64,000 nucleotides of DNA from an uncultured Acidimicrobiales bacterium. Its GTDB lineage: Bacteria; Actinomycetota; Acidimicrobiia; Acidimicrobiales; SZUA-35. The first letter of the stretch is position 1; each line of letters begins with the position of its first letter. Positions 30,930-40,304 of the stretch are shown in pieces. The stretch spans positions 8,643 to 72,642 of the forward strand of contig CALJSB010000013.1 of NCBI GenBank assembly GCA_937976305.1, read 5' to 3'. Below the pieces are notes generated by a model. The model saw nothing but the letters and a program-made list of their open reading frames with translations. It was not told the origin of the DNA and did no database searches. The position numbers and the translations under genes were made by a program.

Positions 30930-31804
30930 TGCACATTGTTGTCACCGGGGCCAACGGCCAAGTGGGCCGAGAGCTGCTGCGGGCCACCTGGCCTGCGGGC
31001 ACCACCGTCACCGGCCTCACCTCTGCCGAACTCGACATCACAGACGAAGCCGCAGTGAGCGCCGGTCTTGGCGATCTCGCACCGGACGTCGTCGTGAACG
31101 CCGCGGCCTTCACCGCCGTTGACACCGCAGAAGACGAAGAGGAGCGAGCCACCGAGGTCAACGCAACAGCGGTCGGCAATCTGGCCACTTGGATCAACGC
31201 TGCAGGAGCTCTGCTCGTGCACTATTCGACCGACTACGTGTTCGACGGTTCGAATCCCGATTGGTACGACGAGGACGACTCGCCGGCACCCATCGGTGCG
31301 TACGGCCGTTCGAAGCTGGCTGGCGAACAGGCCGCAGCCACCGCCGACCGCCACATGATCCTGCGCACCGCATGGGTCTACGGGGCACTTGGCTCGAACT
31401 TCGTCACCACGATGCTTCGACTCGCCGCTACTCGAGACGAACTCGGCGTCGTCGACGATCAGGTGGGTTGCCCCACCGCAGCAATCGACATCGCCGCAGC
31501 GACCGTCGATCTCATCAGCACAACGCCCGAACCCCACGGCATCATCAACGTTGCATCACCAGACCAGGCAACCTGGCACGAGGTGGCAATGGCCACCTTT
31601 GAGGCGTCGAAGGCGGGCTTTGACGGCACATGCAAGAAGCTCAGGACCGCTGAATACCCGACCAAGGCCGTTCGGCCGCCGAACAGCCGCTTGAGCACCG
31701 ACCGGCTGGAGTCGCTCATCGGGCGGCGTTTGCCCAGCTGGAAAGAGTCGCTGCCTCGTGTGGTGGCCGAACTCGAATCCGCAGACGAAGGATCCTCATC
31801 ATGA
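30929..31804 (+). CDS. rfbD: dTDP-4-dehydrorhamnose reductase
   Basis: [16 protein letters not shown] ... YSTDYVFDG ... YGRSKLAGE. The ATG at 30929 shares one base with the rfbB TGA (TGATG). Confidence 0.9.
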   Translation: MHIVVTGANGQVGRELLRATWPAGTTVTGLTSAELDITDEAAVSAGLGDLAPDVVVNAAAFTAVDTAEDEEERATEVNATAVGNLATWINAAGALLVHYSTDYVFDGSNPDWYDEDDSPAPIGAYGRSKLAGEQAAATADRHMILRTAWVYGALGSNFVTTMLRLAATRDELGVVDDQVGCPTAAIDIAAATVDLISTTPEPHGIINVASPDQATWHEVAMATFEASKAGFDGTCKKLRTAEYPTKAVRPPNSRLSTDRLESLIGRRLPSWKESLPRVVAELESADEGSSS

Positions 31805-32700
31805 GCGGTACGAACCCATCAGGACGCCGGGGCATCATCCTCGCCGGCGGCACCGGCAGCCGCCTTCATCCGGTCACGCTCGCCGTGTCGAAGCAGCTGC
31901 TTCCGGTGTACGACAAGCCGATGATCTACTACCCGCTGTCCACGCTCATGTTGGCGGGCATCAGCGAGGTGCTGATCATCACAACCCCGAATGATCAGGC
32001 TGCGTTCGAGCGCTTGCTCGGCGACGGCTCAGCGTGGGGTATGTCGATCACCTACGCAGTCCAAGCCGCACCAAACGGTTTGGCCGAGGCCTTCCTCATC
32101 GGTGAAGAGTTCCTCGACGGCCACCCAGCGTGTCTCGTCCTCGGCGACAACCTCTTCTACGGCAGCGGTTTCAGCCGCCAACTCCAAGAGGTCTCCGCCC
32201 AGCCGGATCGGGCCTCACTCTTCGCCCAGCAAGTGGTCGACCCTGAGCGTTACGGCGTTGTTGAAATCGACGCAGAGGGGCGGGCGGTGTCGATCGAAGA
32301 AAAGCCAGACAAGCCAGTGTCGAACTGGGCCGTCACCGGGCTCTACTTCTTCCCTTCCGACGTGAGCGAGGCCGCCAAGTCGGTCGAACCTTCGGCCCGG
32401 GGTGAGCTCGAGATCACCTCGGTCATCGAGTGGTACCTCAACCAACAACTCGTCGACGTTGCCTGTCTCGACCGAGGCTTTGCCTGGCTCGACACCGGCA
32501 CCTTCATCTCGATGGTCGAAGCGTCGGAGTTCGTGCGAGTCATCGAACAGCGCCAGCGAACCCGTATCGCAGCACCAGAAGAAGTCGCTTTCCGCATGGG
32601 CTTCGTCGATGCCAACCAGCTCATGGCGCTCGCCGAACCACTCCGAAAGAGCGGGTACGGCGACTATCTCGCCTCGGTGGCCGAAGAGGGCATGCACTAA
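31801..32700 (+). CDS. rfbA: Glucose-1-phosphate thymidylyltransferase
   Basis: RGIILAGGTGSRLHPVT ... SKQLLPVYDKPMIYYPLS. ATGA overlap with rfbD. Confidence 0.95.
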   Translation: MSGTNPSGRRGIILAGGTGSRLHPVTLAVSKQLLPVYDKPMIYYPLSTLMLAGISEVLIITTPNDQAAFERLLGDGSAWGMSITYAVQAAPNGLAEAFLIGEEFLDGHPACLVLGDNLFYGSGFSRQLQEVSAQPDRASLFAQQVVDPERYGVVEIDAEGRAVSIEEKPDKPVSNWAVTGLYFFPSDVSEAAKSVEPSARGELEITSVIEWYLNQQLVDVACLDRGFAWLDTGTFISMVEASEFVRVIEQRQRTRIAAPEEVAFRMGFVDANQLMALAEPLRKSGYGDYLASVAEEGMH

Positions 32701-32772
32701 GGCCTGTGGTGGGCGAATCTGTCGCCGCGAATCCGTACTGAAGAAATCGACCGATAACGTCGATGGTCACTC

Positions 32773-34953
32773 ATGCACACGTTTGAGCGAGCCCGTGGCG
32801 GACGACGGGTAACAGCGGTTGTTTCTGCGTTTTTCATGGCCGTGGGCCTTGCCGGCTTTGCCGTTGCGACCCCGCCAGCTGACGCAGCGCGCCCGTCAGA
32901 GCTGACCGAACGCTTCCGTATCAGCGCCAACCAGAACAACTACTTCGACCTCTTCACCCCCGAAGCTCGTTCGAGCCCGTCATACGGTGACGTCACCGGA
33001 GATGGTGTGGCCGAGATCGTGATCGGCGGCATGGATGGCCGCCTCATCATTGCCTCACCCAACGGTCAGATCATCGGCCAGCACTACATCGGCAACGGTG
33101 AAATCCAGGGAACACCATCGCTTGGCGACATCGACGGTGACGGCGTGCTCGACATCGTTGTCGGCAACATCGTTGGCGATGTCGTCGCCATGCGTGGCAA
33201 CGGCTCGGAGATCTGGCGCAACAAAACCAATCGCTTCGCAGACATGGGCAAGAGCCCGGCCATCTATGGCTCAGCTGCGATCGGCGACATCGACAACGAT
33301 GGTCGCCCCGAGGTCGTGCTGACCAGCAACGACCACTCCCTCAACGCCTGGAACCACGACGGCTCGATCGTGCCCGGGTTCCCTGTCACCACCCTCGACT
33401 CCTCGTGGTCGACACCGGCCATCGCCGACATCGACGATGACGGTTTCGCCGAGATCATCGGCGCCTTTGATGTCGACTACGTGACCGCTCCCCATGCCGG
33501 GTGTCCGAGCTTCGGCGCCGCTATTCGGGCTTACGACCACACCGGTACGCAGAAGTGGCAAACCTGCATTGCGGGCGAGATCATCACCTCTGGCTCCTCG
33601 ATCGGCGACCTCGACGCCGACGGCGACCTCGACGTGGTACTCGGTTCAGGCGTGTACTTCTCGGCCATCGGTGAAGCCGAAGCACCGGCTCGCCGTGTGT
33701 ATGCCCTCGACGCCAAGACCGGAGCCATGCTGCCAGGATGGCCCGTTGATCTCGGTGCTGTTTCTGACGCCACACCCGCGCTGGGCAACCTCGACGACGA
33801 CCCGCAGCTCGAAGTGGCGACATCGGCCAACGACGGTCGCTTCCACGTGCTCGAACACAACGGGCAAACCAAGTGGACGGCCTGTGGCATGTGGCCATCC
33901 GATGCGTTCGACTGCCAGGGCGGGAACACCCGATTCCCCGGCATCGCGGCGCCCGTCTCGATCGCCGATGTCGACAACGACGGCGATCAAGAACTCGTCG
34001 GCTTCATCCACGCCCAGATCTGGATCCTCGACGGATCAACCGGTGCCGTCGAGCGAGTCTCCGGCGCCGTTGGTGGCACCGCCGGCAACGCATACGCACC
34101 AAAGGGACAGCCGACGGTCGTGAGCCACAACGGTGAGGCCACGATTCTCGTCCAGTACCTCAGGGAAGACTCCGGTCCGCCAAACAGCGGACGAGGCACC
34201 GGAGACGACCTCACCATCGTCGGTTTCGGCACCGGCGACACGCTCGGCCCATCCGATTGGGCCCAGTTCGGCCAAAACCAGACCAACACAGGCTCCGATC
34301 CGGCAACACTGACCGCCAACAACTGGATGGATCCGTGGTTGCGTGCGGTCTATGTCGACCTCCTCGGCCGCCAGGCCGACAGCAACGGCATCTCGTATTG
34401 GTCCGGTCAACTTGCCGGCGATCTCTCGAAGGACGATCTGGCCTTCCAGTTCGCCACCACAGATGAATGGCTCGGCGTTGTCGTCGACGACTTGTACTTC
34501 TCCATCTTGGGCCGAGGCCCTGACCCGGCGGGCCGGGCCTACTGGATCAGTCAGCTCCGGCAGGGCACGCCGACAGCCCAGGTTGTCTCGAGCTTCTTTT
34601 CGTCGCCCGAGTACTTCGAGTCGGTCGGCGGCACCAACCCGCTGTTTGTCGATGCGCTGTATGCCGCCATCCTCGACCGAGCACCCGATGCAGATGGTCG
34701 GGCGTTCTGGGTGCGACGTCTGAATGGCGGCGAGCCTCGAGGCACCCTGTCGAGCCTGGTCTTCACGTCCTATGAGTCGGGAGGCCGTCGTGTCGATGCG
34801 CTGTACGACAAACTCTTGAATCGTGCCCCTGACCCTGCCGGCCGCGACTACTGGGCCACCTTCTTGACCACGGGTGACGAGATCAATCTCGCTGCCCTCT
34901 TGGTGGGAAGCGATGAGTACCAGACAAAGGCCGAGAGCCGCTTCGGCAATTGA
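32773..34953 (+). CDS. Secreted FG-GAP/VCBS-repeat beta-propeller protein with a C-terminal four-repeat DUF4214-type module
   Basis: Signal peptide (VVSAFFMAVGLAGFAVATPPADA). Repeated GD[IV]DGDG/DIDNDG/DLDADGD Ca-binding-like FG-GAP motifs. The C-terminal 212 aa (34315-34950) carries four LLGR/ILGR/ILDR/LLNR-x-PD-x-G-x-YW repeats. Confidence 0.8.
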   Translation: MHTFERARGGRRVTAVVSAFFMAVGLAGFAVATPPADAARPSELTERFRISANQNNYFDLFTPEARSSPSYGDVTGDGVAEIVIGGMDGRLIIASPNGQIIGQHYIGNGEIQGTPSLGDIDGDGVLDIVVGNIVGDVVAMRGNGSEIWRNKTNRFADMGKSPAIYGSAAIGDIDNDGRPEVVLTSNDHSLNAWNHDGSIVPGFPVTTLDSSWSTPAIADIDDDGFAEIIGAFDVDYVTAPHAGCPSFGAAIRAYDHTGTQKWQTCIAGEIITSGSSIGDLDADGDLDVVLGSGVYFSAIGEAEAPARRVYALDAKTGAMLPGWPVDLGAVSDATPALGNLDDDPQLEVATSANDGRFHVLEHNGQTKWTACGMWPSDAFDCQGGNTRFPGIAAPVSIADVDNDGDQELVGFIHAQIWILDGSTGAVERVSGAVGGTAGNAYAPKGQPTVVSHNGEATILVQYLREDSGPPNSGRGTGDDLTIVGFGTGDTLGPSDWAQFGQNQTNTGSDPATLTANNWMDPWLRAVYVDLLGRQADSNGISYWSGQLAGDLSKDDLAFQFATTDEWLGVVVDDLYFSILGRGPDPAGRAYWISQLRQGTPTAQVVSSFFSSPEYFESVGGTNPLFVDALYAAILDRAPDADGRAFWVRRLNGGEPRGTLSSLVFTSYESGGRRVDALYDKLLNRAPDPAGRDYWATFLTTGDEINLAALLVGSDEYQTKAESRFGN

Positions 34954-35003
34954 CCGTCGCCTGAACCAAACCCCGGGTCGGCGCCACTACTCTCGACCTC
35001 GTT

Positions 35004-35999
35004 GTGGTGAGCGCAGACTTACAGAGCCTTGCTGACGCAGTCCGCGCCGGCGAACGACCTGCGCTTGCGCGCGCCGTCACATTGGTGGAATCGACTCGGC
35101 CCGATCATCGAGCCGATGCCAACGCGCTACTCGACGAGCTCTCGGCTGGCAGCCAAAACGCCAAACCAACGATCCGTATCGGTCTCTCTGGCACGCCCGG
35201 TGTCGGCAAGAGCACCTTCATCGAAGCACTCGGCCTTCACCTCGTCGATGCCGGCCACCGCGTTGCCGTGCTGGCCGTCGATCCGTCATCGGCCCGAACC
35301 GGCGGCTCGATCCTTGGTGACAAGACCCGCATGGCCCAGCTCGTGCAGCGACCAGAGGCCTACATTCGCCCAACAGCAGCGATGGGGAATCTGGGTGGGG
35401 TCGCTCGCCGCACCGCCGAAGTGATTCAGCTGACCGAGGCCGCCGGTTACGACGTCGTACTGGTTGAAACCGTCGGCGTCGGTCAGTCAGAGGCTGCCGT
35501 CGCCGATATCACTGACCTTTTCGTGCTGCTGGTCGCCCCCGCTGGCGGTGACGATCTGCAAGGCATCAAACGAGGCGTGATGGAGCTCATCGACGTGCTC
35601 GTCGTGAACAAGGCCGATGGCGATCTGACCTCAACCGCGAACCACACCGCGTCTGACTACGGCAACGCCTTGTCGCTGCTTCGCCCCAGGCGAGGCACCA
35701 CCCCTCCCCCGGTGCTGCAGTGTTCAGCCCTCGAGCACCGCGGCATTGCCGAGGTGTGGAATGCGGTCGAGACGACGTGGTCTGAACTCGTTGCCTCTGG
35801 GCAGCTCGACACGATCCGAGCCGAGCAACGCCTCGGGACGCTCGATCGCGGCGTCAAAGACGCACTCATTTCTGCCCTCGAACAGGGATCGGCCATCGAG
35901 CCTGAGCGGCTCGCCCTCGAAGAGGCCGTCCGGTCGGGGGCTCGTTCGCCCGCATCAGCTGCCGCAGAGTTGGCCGCCCGAATTCTCAGCCAACGATGA
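35004..35999 (+). CDS. meaB: Methylmalonyl-CoA mutase-associated G3E GTPase (MeaB/ArgK)
   Basis: [11 protein letters not shown]-loop [35 protein letters not shown]. Confidence 0.9.
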   Translation: MVSADLQSLADAVRAGERPALARAVTLVESTRPDHRADANALLDELSAGSQNAKPTIRIGLSGTPGVGKSTFIEALGLHLVDAGHRVAVLAVDPSSARTGGSILGDKTRMAQLVQRPEAYIRPTAAMGNLGGVARRTAEVIQLTEAAGYDVVLVETVGVGQSEAAVADITDLFVLLVAPAGGDDLQGIKRGVMELIDVLVVNKADGDLTSTANHTASDYGNALSLLRPRRGTTPPPVLQCSALEHRGIAEVWNAVETTWSELVASGQLDTIRAEQRLGTLDRGVKDALISALEQGSAIEPERLALEEAVRSGARSPASAAAELAARILSQR

Positions 36000-36232
36000 T
36001 GGATCGGGAGGCTGCTGCTCAACGTATGCGTCGGCTGGTCACAGCTTCGAGACACGTCACCGATCAGTACCTTCCACCGGCGGTGGGCGACCGAGTGACT
36101 GGCGCCGCACGCAAGGCCCGCCTGGCCCAACAAGAGCGTCGCCGACAAGCTGCTGGCGACGACGGTGCCTACTTCGACCAGATCGTCGCTGCCGCCATCG
36201 AAGAGGGTCAAACCACGTCGGGTCCGCGATGA
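35996..36232 (+). CDS. Hypothetical 78-aa protein, coupled on both sides
   Basis: ATGA overlap with the meaB stop (35996-35999) and ATGA overlap with the next start (36229-36232). The third-codon position looks GC-rich. No motif was recognised. Confidence 0.45.
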   Translation: MMDREAAAQRMRRLVTASRHVTDQYLPPAVGDRVTGAARKARLAQQERRRQAAGDDGAYFDQIVAAAIEEGQTTSGPR

Positions 36233-39081
36233 CTCCGGAGGCAGTGTCGCTGAAGATCGCCATCGTGGCCCCGAGCCCGGTTCCCGTTGTCGAAGGCGGT
36301 GCCGAGCGACTGTGGCGGGCGCTCGCCGCTGGCCTCGTCGATGCCGGTCACCAGGCCGAGATCGTCACCCTTCCCTTTCCCGAGACCACGTTGGCCGAGG
36401 TCATCGCCGGGTATCGGGCCTTTCGAGCGCTCGATCTGTCGTCGTTCGATGTCGTCATCAGCGGCAAGTACCCGGGCTGGATGGTCGACCACCCGTGCCA
36501 CATCGTCTACATGCTGCATCCGCTTCGCGGGCTGTACGACACCTTCCCGGAGAGTCTGCCTCGGTCGCTGCCGCCCGAAGAGGCCGCAGTCGAGGCTCGT
36601 ATTGCTGCCATCGACGAGATCGATGAACTGATCGATTACGCTGACAAGTTGCTCAAGACGTGGCCAGCCGGTGACCCGATGATGGCCCACCCGAGTCCCC
36701 TCGGTCGGCTCTTGGTGCAGCGGCTCGATCACCTCGCCTTCGCCGGCGACAAGATCCAACATCTGGCGGCCATCTCCGACGAAGTCGCCGGCCGAGCCGA
36801 CTACTTCCCTGCCGATCGGGCCGTGCAGGTCGTTCATCCGGTCAGCGATCTGCCAACGGGACCGCCCGACACCAACGAGGTTGCTGAGTGGGCAGAGGCC
36901 GCTGAAGGGCCGGTGATCTTCACCGCAAGCCGCCATGACGCCCCCAAACGGATCGACCTGATCATCGATGCCTTTCGTCACCTGACCGATGGCCACAATG
37001 ACCGCCAGGCGAGCCTCGTGATCGCCGGTGACGGGCCAGAGCGGGCCAACCTCGAGCAGCGGGCCGGAGCCAATGAACGCATCGAGTTCCTCGGCCGGGT
37101 GAGCGAAGAAGAGCTCAGTTGGCGATATCGCACCGCAGATGCGGTTGTGTTTGCCCCCCAGCACGAAGACTTCGGCTACGTCACCCTCGAAGCCATGCTG
37201 CTCGGCACCTCGGTGATCACCACGAGCGATGCCGGCGGTGCCAATGAACTGCTCGCAGAGGGCGTTGGCGGCATCGTCGTCGAACCGACGGTCGAGGCGC
37301 TGGCTGCCGGGTTTGACCGCATCATCGACAATCCGCATCTTCGCTGGCAGCTCGGCCTCAATGGTCGCCGTCGAGCTGCCCAGGTGTCGTGGGCACCGCT
37401 CGTTGCCGAAATTGAGGAAGCCGCATCCCGCCGCTCCGGCCACGTTGACTCCCAACACACCAGTGCTGTGATGGTCAGCACCTTCGGCGTCGATCCGATG
37501 ATCGGTGGAGGTCAGCGGCGGCTACGAGCCCTGGCCCGATCCCTCGCCGAACACAGCGACGTCACCATCGTTGCCCTCACCGCCCGCCACGACACCGAAA
37601 CGATTCGACGTCGCGTGATCGACCCCGGCATCACCCAGGTCGAGGTTCCTCGCTCGGGTGCCCACGTACGGGCCGAGGCCGAGATCACCCGAGTGGCCGG
37701 GCTCCCGGTCGACGACATCACGTGCGGCAAGCTTTGGCAGTCGACGCCGGCCTTCGGCGCCGAGCTCGACCGGCTGCTACCGACCGCCAGTGTGGTGATT
37801 GCCGATCATCCGTTCCTCGCCCCGGCCATCATCGATCGGCTCGACAACCTCGGGCTCGAGACGCCACTCGTCTACGACAGTCACAACGCCGAGACGCCAT
37901 TCAAAGCGTCGATGATCGAAGCTGCGGTGGCCAGTCCGGCGGCGCGAGCCTGGCTCAACCGTGCTGTTGAAACCGCAGAAGGCGGAGCCGTCAACCGAGC
38001 GGCGCTGGTCACGGCCTGCACGAATGACGACCTCGCCAGTTTCGATGTGCCGGCGGCCACGCCAACCATCGTTGTGCCAAACGGAGTCGACACCTCGGCG
38101 ATGCCCGAACGCAGCCGCGACGATCACCGGCGAGCCAGAGCAGAAGCCCTCGGCCTGTTCGGCTTCAACGACGACGAGCAACGGCCACTTGGGGTCTTCG
38201 TCGGCTCGTGGCACCCACCCAACCTCGAGGCCGCTCGGCTCGTGGTCGAACTCGCTGAGGCTCGATCCGATTGGGTCTTTGGTCTTGCCGGCAGCCACAC
38301 CCTGGGTTTTGACGCAGCAGCCATCCCCACCAACGTGCGCATCCTTCCTGCCTTCGCCGAGGAGTCGCTGTGGCCGATCCTCGCCGGAGCCGATGTGGCC
38401 CTCAACCCGATGCTGTCTGGCGGTGGCAGCAACTTGAAGCTGTACGACTATCTGTCGGTTGGTGTTCCGGTTCTCACCACGGCCACCGGCAGTCGGGGTC
38501 TCGACGATGCGAGCTCGGCGGTGTGGGTTGCCCCACCAACTGCGGTCGGCTTGGGCGAAGGGCTCAGCGCCATCGAGACCGCAGCAGACAGCGTGATCGC
38601 CGAGCGGCGGGCGAATGGCCGCAGGATTGCCGATGAAGCTGACTGGCGACTCCTTGGGTCTCGTTGGAGCCAAGCAGTGATCGACCACGTCGGGCTGCCC
38701 CCGGCAGCACCACGACAACGACCGACGAGCCAACGGCCCTTCTTGGCCGACTCTGCTCCCCCGCCATCAAGCCCAACACTCGAACTGATGAAGCGGCTCG
38801 GTACCGCCGCCCTCGATCCAACACCGCCTCCGGAGACCCCTGCCATGAACCCAAACCTTCGGGAAACCCTCAAGCGCATGAGCGCCAACCGCTATGCCGG
38901 CCGCGAGCTCCCGGTCAACGCGAGGCTCAAGCTGCCCAAGAAGGCGCTGATCCGTGTCGGTGAAGCCATCACGAACGAACAGCTGGTGTTCAACGAAGCG
39001 ACGGTCGATGCCGTGACCCAGCTCACCGAGCAGGTCGCCGCCCTCGAAGCTCGCTTGGCGTCGCTCGAAGACGAGACGTGA
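36229..39081 (+). CDS. Tandem GT4-GT4 (two GT-B modules) glycosyltransferase with a P-rich linker and short C-terminal coiled coil
   Basis: Module 1: KIAIVAPSPVPVVEGGAERL ... FAPQHEDFGYVTLEAMLLGTSVITT. Module 2: VMVSTFGVDPMIGGGQRRL ... NPMLSGGGSNLKLYDYLSVGVPVLTT. C-terminus: TQLTEQVAALEARLASLEDET. I chose the ATG at 36229; the ORF-track start at 35746 runs through meaB out of frame with it. Confidence 0.8.
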   Translation: MTPEAVSLKIAIVAPSPVPVVEGGAERLWRALAAGLVDAGHQAEIVTLPFPETTLAEVIAGYRAFRALDLSSFDVVISGKYPGWMVDHPCHIVYMLHPLRGLYDTFPESLPRSLPPEEAAVEARIAAIDEIDELIDYADKLLKTWPAGDPMMAHPSPLGRLLVQRLDHLAFAGDKIQHLAAISDEVAGRADYFPADRAVQVVHPVSDLPTGPPDTNEVAEWAEAAEGPVIFTASRHDAPKRIDLIIDAFRHLTDGHNDRQASLVIAGDGPERANLEQRAGANERIEFLGRVSEEELSWRYRTADAVVFAPQHEDFGYVTLEAMLLGTSVITTSDAGGANELLAEGVGGIVVEPTVEALAAGFDRIIDNPHLRWQLGLNGRRRAAQVSWAPLVAEIEEAASRRSGHVDSQHTSAVMVSTFGVDPMIGGGQRRLRALARSLAEHSDVTIVALTARHDTETIRRRVIDPGITQVEVPRSGAHVRAEAEITRVAGLPVDDITCGKLWQSTPAFGAELDRLLPTASVVIADHPFLAPAIIDRLDNLGLETPLVYDSHNAETPFKASMIEAAVASPAARAWLNRAVETAEGGAVNRAALVTACTNDDLASFDVPAATPTIVVPNGVDTSAMPERSRDDHRRARAEALGLFGFNDDEQRPLGVFVGSWHPPNLEAARLVVELAEARSDWVFGLAGSHTLGFDAAAIPTNVRILPAFAEESLWPILAGADVALNPMLSGGGSNLKLYDYLSVGVPVLTTATGSRGLDDASSAVWVAPPTAVGLGEGLSAIETAADSVIAERRANGRRIADEADWRLLGSRWSQAVIDHVGLPPAAPRQRPTSQRPFLADSAPPPSSPTLELMKRLGTAALDPTPPPETPAMNPNLRETLKRMSANRYAGRELPVNARLKLPKKALIRVGEAITNEQLVFNEATVDAVTQLTEQVAALEARLASLEDET

Positions 39082-40304
39082 GCACAGCGTTACAGGATGG
39101 GGCCAAGATCGGCCTGGTCAAGCCAGACTTTGGTGTTGCAGGTGGATTCGAGCACCTGCTCGACCGCCTCCAAGCCATCCTGGTGTCGTCCGGGCACGAC
39201 GTCACAACGGTGACCGTTCCGGGCCGGCAGCTCCCACGACCCATCTGGGGTCAGCCCGACGCAGCCAGCCGATGGTTCGAGCATCCCGACTTCTTCAACT
39301 ACCTCGGCATGGTGCACGACACTCGCCGTCTCGAACTCGACGACTTCGACCTTGTCATGAGTACCCAACCACCGTCGTATCTCGCCCCACACGATCGGAT
39401 CCTCGGCCTCTTCTACCACCAGACTCGAATCTTCTATGAGCTGGCCGAGCCTTACATCGAGGCTGGCTTTGTCGACCGGACCTTGCACGAGGCGGCCTGC
39501 CGCCACATTCAGGCGATCGACCAAGCCCATCTCGGCGGGACAGTTGGGTGGCTCGCCGGCTCACAAGAGTGTGCTGATCGACTCGTCGACGCCTGGCGTG
39601 TCTCGGACCCGATTGATCTGCTCTCGGCTCCACCACTGATCGATGATGCGCGCGATCCGTCGCCGTGGCGCGGCGATGGCGCGGTGTTGTGCATCGGGCG
39701 ACTCGAGTGGCCCAAACGGGCCGAACTCGTGGTTGCAGCCGGGCACTTGCTGCAACGAGAGACGGTCATTCTCGGGAGTGGCGGACGCCTGGCCCATCTC
39801 AAGCGGCTCGACGGCGACATCGCGGCGGGGCGGTTCGACCCGCAGTCTCTTCCCGCCACCGTGCTCGGCAACATCGATCAGGCAGCCACCAAACGGTTAC
39901 GGCTGCGGCCATCGACTACCCGCCACACGAGCCCGGTGCGATTCGCCGGACACGTCAGCAACGACGAGCGCAACGATGCTTACCGTGCTGCGTCGATCTG
40001 TATCGCCCCCGCCTACCGCGAGGACTACGGGCTCACTGCACTGGAGGCCATGGCAATGGGCTGTCCCGTCATCGTGTGTGCAGACGGCGGCGGCCTTGTC
40101 GAGATCGTCGAAACCACGGGTGGCGGCATCGTGGTTGATCCGACCCCCGATGCCATCGCCGCGGGCGTGAGACGAATCACCGAAGACCCCGCACTGGCAA
40201 GCGACCTCAGACAGCGAGCCCTCGACGTACGAGGTTCACACACGTGGGCTCGGGCCGAACAGCAGTTGATGACCGCCGTTGAGCGAGCGCTCGCCGCCGG
40301 TTAG
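39078..40304 (+). CDS. Glycosyltransferase family 4 (GT-B)
   Basis: 408 aa. KIGLVKPDFGVAGGFEHL ... APAYREDYGLTALEAMAMGCPVIVCADGGG. GTGA overlap with the upstream gene. Confidence 0.85.
   Translation: MSTALQDGAKIGLVKPDFGVAGGFEHLLDRLQAILVSSGHDVTTVTVPGRQLPRPIWGQPDAASRWFEHPDFFNYLGMVHDTRRLELDDFDLVMSTQPPSYLAPHDRILGLFYHQTRIFYELAEPYIEAGFVDRTLHEAACRHIQAIDQAHLGGTVGWLAGSQECADRLVDAWRVSDPIDLLSAPPLIDDARDPSPWRGDGAVLCIGRLEWPKRAELVVAAGHLLQRETVILGSGGRLAHLKRLDGDIAAGRFDPQSLPATVLGNIDQAATKRLRLRPSTTRHTSPVRFAGHVSNDERNDAYRAASICIAPAYREDYGLTALEAMAMGCPVIVCADGGGLVEIVETTGGGIVVDPTPDAIAAGVRRITEDPALASDLRQRALDVRGSHTWARAEQQLMTAVERALAAG

Noticed and set aside
14299-34953. The glycan block between mcm and meaB, considered as a mobile genomic island
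   Set aside because: No integrase, transposase, tRNA, plasmid or phage gene, or flanking direct repeat is visible at either boundary, and glycan genes continue outside the block. It is kept only as a synteny observation, not as a mobile-element call.
35746-36228. The 5' extension of the 1111-aa ORF (35746-39081) overlapping meaB. Similar N-terminal extensions occur in ORFs 3070-5115, 5027-5968, 9582-11006, 12088, 22194, 23108, 29763, 30665, 28870-29505, 40301-42079 and 60269-62110.
   Set aside because: The extensions overlap well-supported neighbouring genes and are Arg/Pro/Ser-rich. Internal start codons give canonical N-termini and 1- or 4-nt coupling overlaps, so the shorter gene models were used.
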